Shown piece after piece: positions 9,017 to 16,828 of a DNA stretch of 21,226 nucleotides (position 1 is its first letter; every line of letters starts with the position of its first letter). Source of the stretch: Chlamydiia bacterium (GTDB lineage: Bacteria > Chlamydiota > Chlamydiia > Chlamydiales > Parachlamydiaceae). A program made the position numbers and the translations under genes. Under the pieces are notes generated by a model. The model was not told the DNA's origin and made no database searches. It worked only from the letters and a program-made list of their open reading frames with translations. The DNA is taken from NCBI GenBank assembly GCA_038257035.1, contig JBBSJT010000029.1, forward strand, positions 1 to 21,226, read 5' to 3'.

Positions 9017-9466
9017 CTATCCAAGAACGAAATTTTCGTTATATTCAATTTTATGGCTCTTAAGGAAATTTAGCCATTCTTCATCGAATCCACGAATTTT
9101 ATGATGTTCTTTTTGATTCAAAATATATTCTTTTACCATATCTGTTTGTGATGTACTAACACTAAAGGCTCCAAAACCAGTCTGCCAGGAAAATTTATTA
9201 AAATCAGGAGATGTTTCTTTAAGCCATTTGGAGGAAGCAACTTTAACTGTTTTAACCAAATCAGAAATATTTTGATCAGGATTTAACTGAACCAATAAAT
9301 GCACATGGTCTGACATGCCACCTATTTGAATAACGGTTCCATTTTTTGCTTGTACAATACCTGTCATATATGCATGAAGTTTATTTTCTATTGTTTCTGA
9401 TATGAAACCCGCTCTATTTTTGGTAGACCATATTAAATGGTAATATAATGCACTATATGTAGTCAT
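9017..9466 (-). CDS. tnpA: IS200/IS605-family Y1 transposase TnpA, probably REP-associated (RAYT-like)
   Basis: YHLIWSTKNR, HUH motif DHVHLL, FSWQTGFGAFSVS, catalytic Tyr in EYILNQKEHH. SD AAGGA upstream; intact 149-aa frame. Confidence 0.92.
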   Translation of the reverse strand: MTTYSALYYHLIWSTKNRAGFISETIENKLHAYMTGIVQAKNGTVIQIGGMSDHVHLLVQLNPDQNISDLVKTVKVASSKWLKETSPDFNKFSWQTGFGAFSVSTSQTDMVKEYILNQKEHHKIRGFDEEWLNFLKSHKIEYNENFVLG

Positions 9467-9480
9467 TTCAAATCCTTATT

Positions 9481-9911
9481 TGGGGCACTACTCCGTAGTG
9501 CATGATTATATGTATAGACCGGTGGTTGCAACACCGGCTAGCTATGTAGTACCGCTCCGCGGTAAAGCAAATTTTGCCTAAGTCTTAAGCAAAACCGATT
9601 GCTAAGCTTTTATGGCGTTAAATATTAGAATCATGTGATTTTTATTGATAGCTAAAAATATCGGTATGAGTTGTATAATTGTTTTTTTATCGCAGAGCGC
9701 TACTACATAGCTGGCCGGTGGTGCAGCCACCGGTAAGAATTTTTGTTTTACCACGGAGCGGTACTACATAGCTAGCCGGTGGTGCAACCCACCGGTATTT
9801 CATTATTGTATGAGCTACATGGCTTTACCGCGGAGCGGTATTACATAGCTAGCTGGTGGTGAAACCACCGGTAATTTATTTATTGTAATGCACTACGGAG
9901 TAGTGCCACAA
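9481..9911. repeat. REPIN-like cluster upstream of the transposase (one forward unit, three inverted B units, terminal A hairpin)
   Basis: A 9482-9501 and B 9518-9564 in forward orientation; inverted B copies at 9688-9734 (degenerate), 9749-9796 and 9826-9872; inverted A at 9890-9910. Confidence 0.92.
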
Positions 9912-9960
9912 TTTAGCTTAATTAATTCCACTGAATTGCAGAAGACTAAACTTGCAAAGT

Positions 9961-10965
9961 TTAAGTGTTCCATTTTTGTTTAAAAAATGCGTCCATATTT
10001 GATGGATCACTATCGCTGATCAAGTTGTAGGCTTTGACAGCATTTTCTGGTTTGGCATTATGAAAAAATTCCAAGGCTACATGCCCAAGAAGAGCGTCTT
10101 TATTTTTAACATCAAGTTTGTTTGCAATTTCTAATATTTCATCAAATTTGTTAGCATTAACTAGATTTCTTATTGTATATGAAGTTTGACCCAACTCTTT
10201 AAAAATATTATCTTTTTCAATTCCTTGACTCATTGCAACTTCAATCCCTTTCTTCATATAACCTGCTTCACAAAGCTGGACAGCTAGATTATTAAAAGTT
10301 TTTCTTTTGCTTTGTTGATGAGAAATTGTGCTCGCAAGATTTATCGCTCTATCTACAAAGCCATAGTTTAGTAATGCAGATGCAATGCCCATTTTGAACC
10401 CATCCTCATCATTCAATGCAAAAGGAAGTGCAGCTAGCACAAAAAGATTATTTAAAGACTGATTTTCCGGTAAGACAAGATCAGGATAGATTTCCATATC
10501 CCATGATAGGGGTGTTTTTTCAACTGTCATTGGCATTAAAGTCATTAATGTAGCATGGGGTAATTTTTTTAAGATGGCTACAACTTCATCTTTGACAATC
10601 ATTAATGAAGATTTGACTTCTAATAGATTTATGGGTTTACGCTCATTCGCAATGATTAAAAGCTCTTCTAATTTCTTGATGACCTCATCAATTTCTAAAG
10701 AAGGTTTTTCAATTTTCATTGTGTTTAAATGAACAATCAAACCTTCTAAATATGAATTTAGAAGGGCAAATTCTTGATTTTTAATTGAATTGAGAACTTC
10801 AACATTAAAAAATTTATCTACGGAACCAGCATTTGAGAGGCTCAATTCATCAAGTTGAGAAAAGATTAACATAACAACTTCACGAGGGAGCGTTGGATTT
10901 GTAATTATTGATTCTGGATTAGATGAAATAGGTTGATTACCACTACTTGACTTTACTGGCTCCAT
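9961..10965 (-). CDS. F-box-like/helical-repeat protein, paralog 6 (candidate secreted effector)
   Basis: LPREVVMLIFSQLD...VDKFFN after an S/N/Q/P-rich N-terminus; SD AGGAGG; paralogous to its neighbours. Confidence 0.82.
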   Translation of the reverse strand: MEPVKSSSGNQPISSNPESIITNPTLPREVVMLIFSQLDELSLSNAGSVDKFFNVEVLNSIKNQEFALLNSYLEGLIVHLNTMKIEKPSLEIDEVIKKLEELLIIANERKPINLLEVKSSLMIVKDEVVAILKKLPHATLMTLMPMTVEKTPLSWDMEIYPDLVLPENQSLNNLFVLAALPFALNDEDGFKMGIASALLNYGFVDRAINLASTISHQQSKRKTFNNLAVQLCEAGYMKKGIEVAMSQGIEKDNIFKELGQTSYTIRNLVNANKFDEILEIANKLDVKNKDALLGHVALEFFHNAKPENAVKAYNLISDSDPSNMDAFFKQKWNT

Positions 10966-10987
10966 AACTACCTCCTGCTATAAGCTA

Positions 10988-11992
10988 TTATTTTTGTTGT
11001 TCAAAAAAGGCATCTTTATTAGCTTCAGAGCTATTACTCATTAAATAATAAAATTTAGTTGCATTTTCAGGTTTGCCATTTTTGAAAAATTCCTTTGCCA
11101 CCAAACCAAAAAGAGCATCTTTATTATTGGTAGCAAGTTTACCTGCAATTTCTAAAATTTCATCAATTTTTTCGTTTTTCACCAGAGAACGTAATGTGGG
11201 TGAGAGTGTTCCTAATTCCTTATATATATTATTTTTATCAATACCAAGGCCCTCCGCAATTTCATTTGCTTTCTTGAGATAACCCGCTTCTAAAAGAAGT
11301 GCTGACATCATCAACAATAAATTCCTTTTTTCAATTTCATCGTTAAACTTATTGGCTAAATTTATAGCCTTATCTACTAAACCAAACATAAACAGCTCAC
11401 TAACAGCCTCTTGTAAGAAATGTTGCGGAACATTTTCTTCATCTGACGCTACCAAATAAAAAAAATGATTAAAAGGCGGTTTGTCAGTTGGCATGGTTCC
11501 GGGATAAACTTCCATATTCCACGATACCGGTGTCTTTTCGTATTCCATTTTTTGTGTTAACATCCCTAATGTAGGCATATCCATATTCAGACTCTTTAAT
11601 AATTTGATAACATCATTTTTTACGTTCATTAACGAAGACTTAACTGTTAATAAATTAAAAGGTTTAAGAACATTCACACTTACTAAAACTTTTTCTAATT
11701 CTTCCACAACCTTTCCAACTTCCTTTGAATCGGATGCAATTTTTATATTTGCAATTAAGCTTTCAACAAAAGATTTTAAAAGGTTAATTTCTTCGTTTTT
11801 CACAGAATTTAAAACTTGTGGATTAAAGATTTTATTTACAGCGCTTGCTTGTTCTGATCCCATGGCATCCAGTTGAGAAAAGATAAGCATAACAACTTCC
11901 GGTGGAAGCGTTGGATTCTGTATGGTTGTGTCTTGGTTTACATTTTGATTTAATGGACTATTATTGACATTACTTGTGTTTATAGGTTCCAT
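10988..11992 (-). CDS. F-box-like/helical-repeat protein, paralog 5
   Basis: LPPEVVMLIFSQLD...VNKIFN; N/Q-rich N-terminus; SD AAGGAG. Confidence 0.82.
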   Translation of the reverse strand: MEPINTSNVNNSPLNQNVNQDTTIQNPTLPPEVVMLIFSQLDAMGSEQASAVNKIFNPQVLNSVKNEEINLLKSFVESLIANIKIASDSKEVGKVVEELEKVLVSVNVLKPFNLLTVKSSLMNVKNDVIKLLKSLNMDMPTLGMLTQKMEYEKTPVSWNMEVYPGTMPTDKPPFNHFFYLVASDEENVPQHFLQEAVSELFMFGLVDKAINLANKFNDEIEKRNLLLMMSALLLEAGYLKKANEIAEGLGIDKNNIYKELGTLSPTLRSLVKNEKIDEILEIAGKLATNNKDALFGLVAKEFFKNGKPENATKFYYLMSNSSEANKDAFFEQQK

Positions 11993-12080
11993 AACAAGAT
12001 CTCCTTAGCTGTTTGGAATAATTTAAATATACTTATTTTAAATTAAAACCATTCGTTAAATAGCTACAAAATTAACTGTT

Positions 12081-13109
12081 TCAAGCTTTTAAAAAAAAGG
12101 CATCTGCTTTTGATGGATCTTTATCGCTATCACTTATTAAATAGTAAGCTTTATATGCATTTTCAACTTGAGATTGATTCCAGAATTCCAGAGACACAGA
12201 AGTAAGAAAAGCATCTTTATTTTTAATATCAAGCTTGCCTGCAATTTCTATAATTTCATCAAATTTTTCATAATTTACAAGATGTCTAACAGAAGCTGAA
12301 ACATGACCGAGCTCTTTAAAAATATTATCTTTTTCAATTCCTTGGGCTTTTGCAACTTCTATTCCTTTTTTCATATATCCTGCCTCACAAAGCAATACGG
12401 CGAGATAATTAAAAGTTTTTCTTTTGCTGGTTTGATCAGAAATTGTATCAGCAAGATTTATCGCTTTATCTACAAAGCCATAGTTAAGCAGTGTGGCGGC
12501 AAGCTCAGCTTTTTCCTGATCCTTATAAAAAACCTCTAAGTCTTCATCAATATCCTTTGATGCTAGAAGTGCAGTTAATACAAAAAGTTTATTCATTGGC
12601 TGGATTTCTGCAGGAACTAGATCGGGATAGATTTCCATCTCCCAAGATAGTGGTGTTTTATCAACTGTTAATTGCATTAAAGTCATTAATTTTTCTAAGG
12701 GTAATTGTTTTAAAATAGTGACAAGCTCATTTTTCACACTCATCAATGACGATTTAACTTCTAGTAAATTAATAGGTTTACGTTCATTTGCATTTACAAA
12801 AAGCTCTTCAATTTTTTTGATAACTTCATCAATTTCTGCAGAAGGAGTTGTAGTTTTCATAGTATTTAAATGACTACTTAAGCCATTCAAAAAAGAATTT
12901 AAAAGATTAAACTCTTCCCTCTTGATTGAATTAAGTACTTCTACATTAAAATATTTATCAACCAAACCGGCTTTTGATATATCCAATTCATCAAGTTGAG
13001 AAAATATAAGCATGATGATTTCACGGGGAATCGTTGGATTTGAAACAGCTGTGTCCTGATTGGTTGCTGAAATGGGTTGACTACTATTACTTACCTTTAT
13101 AGGCTCCAT
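12081..13109 (-). CDS. F-box-like/helical-repeat protein, paralog 4
   Basis: IPREIIMLIFSQLD...VDKYFN; closest to paralog 6; SD AGGGGG. Confidence 0.82.
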   Translation of the reverse strand: MEPIKVSNSSQPISATNQDTAVSNPTIPREIIMLIFSQLDELDISKAGLVDKYFNVEVLNSIKREEFNLLNSFLNGLSSHLNTMKTTTPSAEIDEVIKKIEELFVNANERKPINLLEVKSSLMSVKNELVTILKQLPLEKLMTLMQLTVDKTPLSWEMEIYPDLVPAEIQPMNKLFVLTALLASKDIDEDLEVFYKDQEKAELAATLLNYGFVDKAINLADTISDQTSKRKTFNYLAVLLCEAGYMKKGIEVAKAQGIEKDNIFKELGHVSASVRHLVNYEKFDEIIEIAGKLDIKNKDAFLTSVSLEFWNQSQVENAYKAYYLISDSDKDPSKADAFFLKA

Positions 13110-13126
13110 AACTACCCCCTATTAGA

Positions 13127-14230
13127 TTATTTTTTTTGTTGAAGATTTATAACTTTTTTAAGTGAGGCTTTATAAGATTCATCACTAATTAAGTTGTAAG
13201 CCTTTAAAGCGTTTTCAATATCATTTTGACTTAAAAAATTGGAGGCTATAGAAAGCCAGGTGTCATTTTTTCTTTTTTCATCTAAAGTACTGCCAAGAAC
13301 GATTGCTTCATCCAGTTTACCCATAAGAGCTAATTCGTTGACTTCTTTACTAAGAAACATATCACTTCTTTCTTTTAGGTGTTTAAGGACAACATCTTTA
13401 ATGCTATGCTCATCAGCAATTTTCATCCCTTTATCCGAATATCCCGCATCACAAACTTCCAAAGCGAGCCATATGATCATTTCCTTTTTTTGGACCGGAT
13501 CAGAGATGGTGTTGCTGAACTGAAGTGCCCTATCAATAAGTCCAAGAGATTTTAACTGCCCGCACAATTGCATAATTGAGTCATCATCAATTACCTTAGT
13601 GCTCTCAATGATTTTAGAAACAGAAGCTAATAAAAATAAAATTCCGGTTTTGTCATTAGTTTCTTTAACGAGTTTTGGATACACTTCAAAATCCCATGTA
13701 ACCGGGGTTTTATTATCTTCACACATCTCGGCTAAAGTGAATAAAATTTCTCGATCTAGGTATTTCAAAGCATCAATGATTTTTTCTTTTACATTGACCA
13801 GGGAGGTTTTAATTGTTACTAAACTAAAAGGTGATTTTAGATCCTCAATATTTTTATCTGCTATTGTGATCGAGGCTAATTTCTTACAAACTTCATCCAT
13901 CACTTTTATTTCTACATCAAGTTCAAAGCGTTCATCAGGTTTAAGTTCCTTATCATCAACTTGAAGTTCGATTGAAATAAATTTTAGATTTTCAATTAAA
14001 CTTGCGATAAAAGATTTGGCAGTTAAAAATTCCTCTTCTTTAACACAATTGATGACTTCTGTTTTCCAAAGATTAGATACGGTAAGTAATTGCGCTGGAT
14101 CCAAAGATTCCATTTGGGAAAAAATCACCCTGATAATTTCTGACGGAAGGGATTTAATAGGGCCTTCTTTAACTTGCCCTTGAGTTAATTGAATCTCATT
14201 ACTTTCATTACTTCCTTGTACAGGTTCCAT
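13127..14230 (-). CDS. F-box-like/helical-repeat protein, paralog 3
   Basis: LPSEIIRVIFSQME...VSNLWK; SD AGGAGG. Confidence 0.82.
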   Translation of the reverse strand: MEPVQGSNESNEIQLTQGQVKEGPIKSLPSEIIRVIFSQMESLDPAQLLTVSNLWKTEVINCVKEEEFLTAKSFIASLIENLKFISIELQVDDKELKPDERFELDVEIKVMDEVCKKLASITIADKNIEDLKSPFSLVTIKTSLVNVKEKIIDALKYLDREILFTLAEMCEDNKTPVTWDFEVYPKLVKETNDKTGILFLLASVSKIIESTKVIDDDSIMQLCGQLKSLGLIDRALQFSNTISDPVQKKEMIIWLALEVCDAGYSDKGMKIADEHSIKDVVLKHLKERSDMFLSKEVNELALMGKLDEAIVLGSTLDEKRKNDTWLSIASNFLSQNDIENALKAYNLISDESYKASLKKVINLQQKK

Positions 14231-14261
14231 AAAATCCTCCTAACAACAAATTAAAAATTAT

Positions 14262-15386
14262 TTAGTCATTTAGCTCTGCCAAAATTATTTTGAGTTCTTC
14301 AATACGGTAGATAAGATCGGGTATATGAGAAAGATCTGGCATGAAAGAAAAAGACTCAACATACTCGTTTAGTTTTTTCACTATTTCTTTTTTTGCAGAA
14401 CTTCTTAGTTGATCATCCTCAATTAAAACATAAATTTTAAGAGCATCCTTATAGTCCAGTGTATTGAGAATTATCGAATTAACATCACACAAAACGGAAT
14501 CTCTTACTTTTACATCTTTTATTAAACTGCAGATTTTCATCACCAAGGCAATTGGTTGATTCTTTGTGTAATACTTGATTACATTTGTTAAGTCCGGTAT
14601 ATACATGGGATTCGTATTTGCTATATCAACTGCTTTTTGCAAAAATCCTTTTCGAATAAGGTCTTTTAAAATTACTTCAACGTATAGCGATCGCTCCTCT
14701 TTATTTGAAATTTCCTGCACTTTTTCAATAGCCCGATCAACATAACCTTCATGGATAAGATTGGAAACAACAGCACTTAAACTTCCAAATTTTAAAATAT
14801 CAGTAATTTCAAAGATATCAGCCTTATCCCCCCCATAAATCTCTAAGTTCCAGGTTTGAGGTGTTTTTTCATCTTGTAACGTTGAATGTAATATAAAGAT
14901 TATATCTCTATCTAAAGGCTTTAAGAGGTTAATGATTTGGTTTTTCTCGCTCATCAATGATGTTTTTATTTTTAATAAATCAAGCGGTTGAGTAATTTTA
15001 CTATTTTTGAGGATTTCCAACGCCTTAATCACAGTCTTAACTTGAGCTTCTCTTTCAGACTCAAAAATATTCAAGTGGGTATGGGTAATAAAATATTTAT
15101 CTTTTAACCCTAGAACATCGTAATCAATGGGATTTTTTACAATAAGTTCCAATTTATGGATTAATGCAATTACAAACGAATCTAATAAATTAAGCTCTTC
15201 TTCTCTAACGGCCTTTATTACTTCAACATTCCAAAGAGAACTGACACTACTTAGTTCTTGAGTTCCCAGTTCCTTCAAATGAGAAAAGATCAACATCAAA
15301 ATTTCTGGTGGGATTTTTTTAATGGGTCCTTCGGTCACAACCTGAGTAGGTAAATCTTTATTAACACTTGGTTGTATGGGCTCCAT
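14262..15386 (-). CDS. F-box-like/helical-repeat protein, paralog 2
   Basis: IPPEILMLIFSHLK...LSSVSSLWN; SD AGGAG. Confidence 0.85.
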   Translation of the reverse strand: MEPIQPSVNKDLPTQVVTEGPIKKIPPEILMLIFSHLKELGTQELSSVSSLWNVEVIKAVREEELNLLDSFVIALIHKLELIVKNPIDYDVLGLKDKYFITHTHLNIFESEREAQVKTVIKALEILKNSKITQPLDLLKIKTSLMSEKNQIINLLKPLDRDIIFILHSTLQDEKTPQTWNLEIYGGDKADIFEITDILKFGSLSAVVSNLIHEGYVDRAIEKVQEISNKEERSLYVEVILKDLIRKGFLQKAVDIANTNPMYIPDLTNVIKYYTKNQPIALVMKICSLIKDVKVRDSVLCDVNSIILNTLDYKDALKIYVLIEDDQLRSSAKKEIVKKLNEYVESFSFMPDLSHIPDLIYRIEELKIILAELND

Positions 15387-15405
15387 TTCTTTCTCCTAAG
15401 TAAAA

Positions 15406-15425
15406 TGACGGGTTAAAACCCGTCA
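15406..15425 (-). terminator. Intergenic hairpin (weak terminator or mRNA-stabilising stem) between paralogs 1 and 2
   Basis: TGACGGGTT-AA-AACCCGTCA perfect inverted repeat, followed by TTTT on the minus strand. Confidence 0.45.
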
Positions 15426-15439
15426 AACATGCTTAAAGT

Positions 15440-16381
15440 TTAACCATTGGGTAAATTCATGGCCGTGTTAATATGTTCTAAAGCCTCGGCTTGAATATCA
15501 GGATCAGTTATGAAATTTGCAACATCAATTGCTTTATCAAAATATTTATCAAAAATAAGTTCGTTGCAGATTTTTTGCAGAACAACAGATTGCTGATCTA
15601 GATCAGGTATTTGTACTGCGTATTCGACTGCCCTGTCAAGGTGACCGCGTTGTATTAATGTATTAATAACTTCTACTATTGACTCCATTTTAAAATAATC
15701 AGGATAAGTCATGGCAGTTGCTATTTTTTTTCGGGCTTCAAATAAATTGCCAAAAACAGTGTAAAAATTCTTGCTACGTACATTTGCTGAATCGGATAAA
15801 TAATGAAGCTTCCAAAGATTAGGTAATGCTACGTTTTTAGTCATTGCCAATGCTTTTATAAATAGATCATCATCAAAACTTGACAAGCTGTCTAAAATTT
15901 TCTCTAATATGTTGATGACAACCTGTTTAAATTTTATTAAATTAAGTGGTTCAAGCTCTTTAGTTTCGTTGATAAGTTCTGTTAAATCGATAATTGCTTG
16001 ATCTATACAATTTTGATCCCGGGCGAATTTGTCTTCTACTTCCTGATATTTATTATAACTTTTGACATTGAGTATTTCATATTTATCTAACCCCATTGTA
16101 TCGTAATCATCAGGATTTTTAGCTATAAACTTTAAATTACTGATCAGCGCATTCACAAACTGGTAAGCTAATTGCTTCTCCTCTTTAACTACATTCACAA
16201 CTTCAACATTCCACATTTTACTGACTAGGAGGGCTGCTGTTGAATCGGTTGAGTCTAATTGAGAAAAAATTACTCGAATAAGTTCATTTGGCACTATGTT
16301 AATCTTGCCGGAAATCATCTCCCCATCTCTATTTTGAATCGGTAGATTACCGTTATCATAATTTCCACTTACACTCTTCAT
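15440..16381 (-). CDS. F-box-like/helical-repeat protein, paralog 1 (first gene of the array)
   Basis: VPNELIRVIFSQLD...VSKMWN; C-terminal repeats GHLDRAVEYAVQIPD / YFDKAIDVANFITD; SD AAGGA. Confidence 0.8.
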   Translation of the reverse strand: MKSVSGNYDNGNLPIQNRDGEMISGKINIVPNELIRVIFSQLDSTDSTAALLVSKMWNVEVVNVVKEEKQLAYQFVNALISNLKFIAKNPDDYDTMGLDKYEILNVKSYNKYQEVEDKFARDQNCIDQAIIDLTELINETKELEPLNLIKFKQVVINILEKILDSLSSFDDDLFIKALAMTKNVALPNLWKLHYLSDSANVRSKNFYTVFGNLFEARKKIATAMTYPDYFKMESIVEVINTLIQRGHLDRAVEYAVQIPDLDQQSVVLQKICNELIFDKYFDKAIDVANFITDPDIQAEALEHINTAMNLPNG

Positions 16382-16397
16382 TTTTATCCTTTATTTG

Positions 16398-16423
16398 GCC
16401 GTTAGGAGATTAACGGCTTTTTT
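16398..16423. other. Hairpin in the leader of the F-box array (terminator-like on the + strand)
   Basis: GCCGTTA-GGAGAT-TAACGGC followed by T6 on the + strand. Confidence 0.5.
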
Positions 16424-16447
16424 GTATTTTTATATCATTTATTTGTA

Positions 16448-16465
16448 ATGCAAATTTCATGCCAA
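16448..16465 (-). promoter_or_regulatory. Sigma-54 (RpoN) -24/-12 promoter of the F-box array
   Basis: Minus strand reads TTGGCATGAAATTTGCAT: exact GG-N10-GC spacing, matching consensus YTGGCACG-N4-TTGCW. Predicted +1 near 16438, about 57 nt before the ATG at 16381. Confidence 0.78.
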
Positions 16466-16519
16466 ACTTAGCGTAATTTATAATTTATGAATTACGGTCG
16501 CATTATTGTAAATTTGAGT

Positions 16520-16532
16520 TATCAATCCTTTG
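16520..16532. promoter_or_regulatory. Possible IHF binding site
   Basis: TATCAATCCTTTG matches WATCAANNNNTTR and lies upstream of the sigma-54 box. Such matches are not rare in AT-rich DNA. Confidence 0.4.
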
Positions 16533-16729
16533 TTATTTCATTTAACCGACGGAAAGACTTTACACATTTATCATTATGGCATAAATAGAAGTTAATTAAC
16601 AACCACATTACTTTATTAACAAACATCTAATCAAAATCAAAAAATGTTTTTAATGCCATTTCTTAGACTGTAGTAAATGGTTAGGGAGAATGCATGTTGA
16701 AGGGGTGAAATAAAAAATATGTAAAGTGC

Positions 16730-16759
16730 TTGACGTTTTTTTCTTCTTATGTTTAAATT
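16730..16759 (+). promoter_or_regulatory. Putative sigma70/sigma66-type promoter of putP
   Basis: TTGACG at 16730-16735 with TTAAAT/TAAATT at 17-18 nt spacing. Pattern match only. Confidence 0.35.
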
Positions 16760-16828
16760 TACACTAGCTTCAAAAAAGGAAATCCAGTAAGGTAGTTTTT
16801 TTACTATTATACCGGAGATAAGATCCCC

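Larger units (their letters stand above)
8761..9911 (-). mobile_element. REPtron-like locus: Y1 HUH transposase flanked by REP arrays
   Basis: tnpA without tnpB, flanked on both sides by multi-copy palindromic units. The locus is bounded by a perfect 24-bp inverted repeat (8762-8785 / 9888-9911). Confidence 0.8.

Noticed and set aside
9017..9466. IS605/IS1341 element with TnpB and omega-RNA
   Set aside because: No RuvC/zinc-finger tnpB ORF or remnant lies next to tnpA.
9688..9872. Three direct repeats of about 47 bp with spacers as a CRISPR array
   Set aside because: The spacers are only about 14 and 29 nt, copies also occur inverted, there are no cas genes, and the repeats flank a Y1 transposase. 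REP array fits better.
12019..12045. AT-only inverted repeat between paralogs 4 and 5
   Set aside because: Expected by chance at this AT content and too weak to call.
11073..13964. Plus-strand ORFs antisense to the F-box genes
   Set aside because: Shadow ORFs on the antisense strand with no recognisable motifs.
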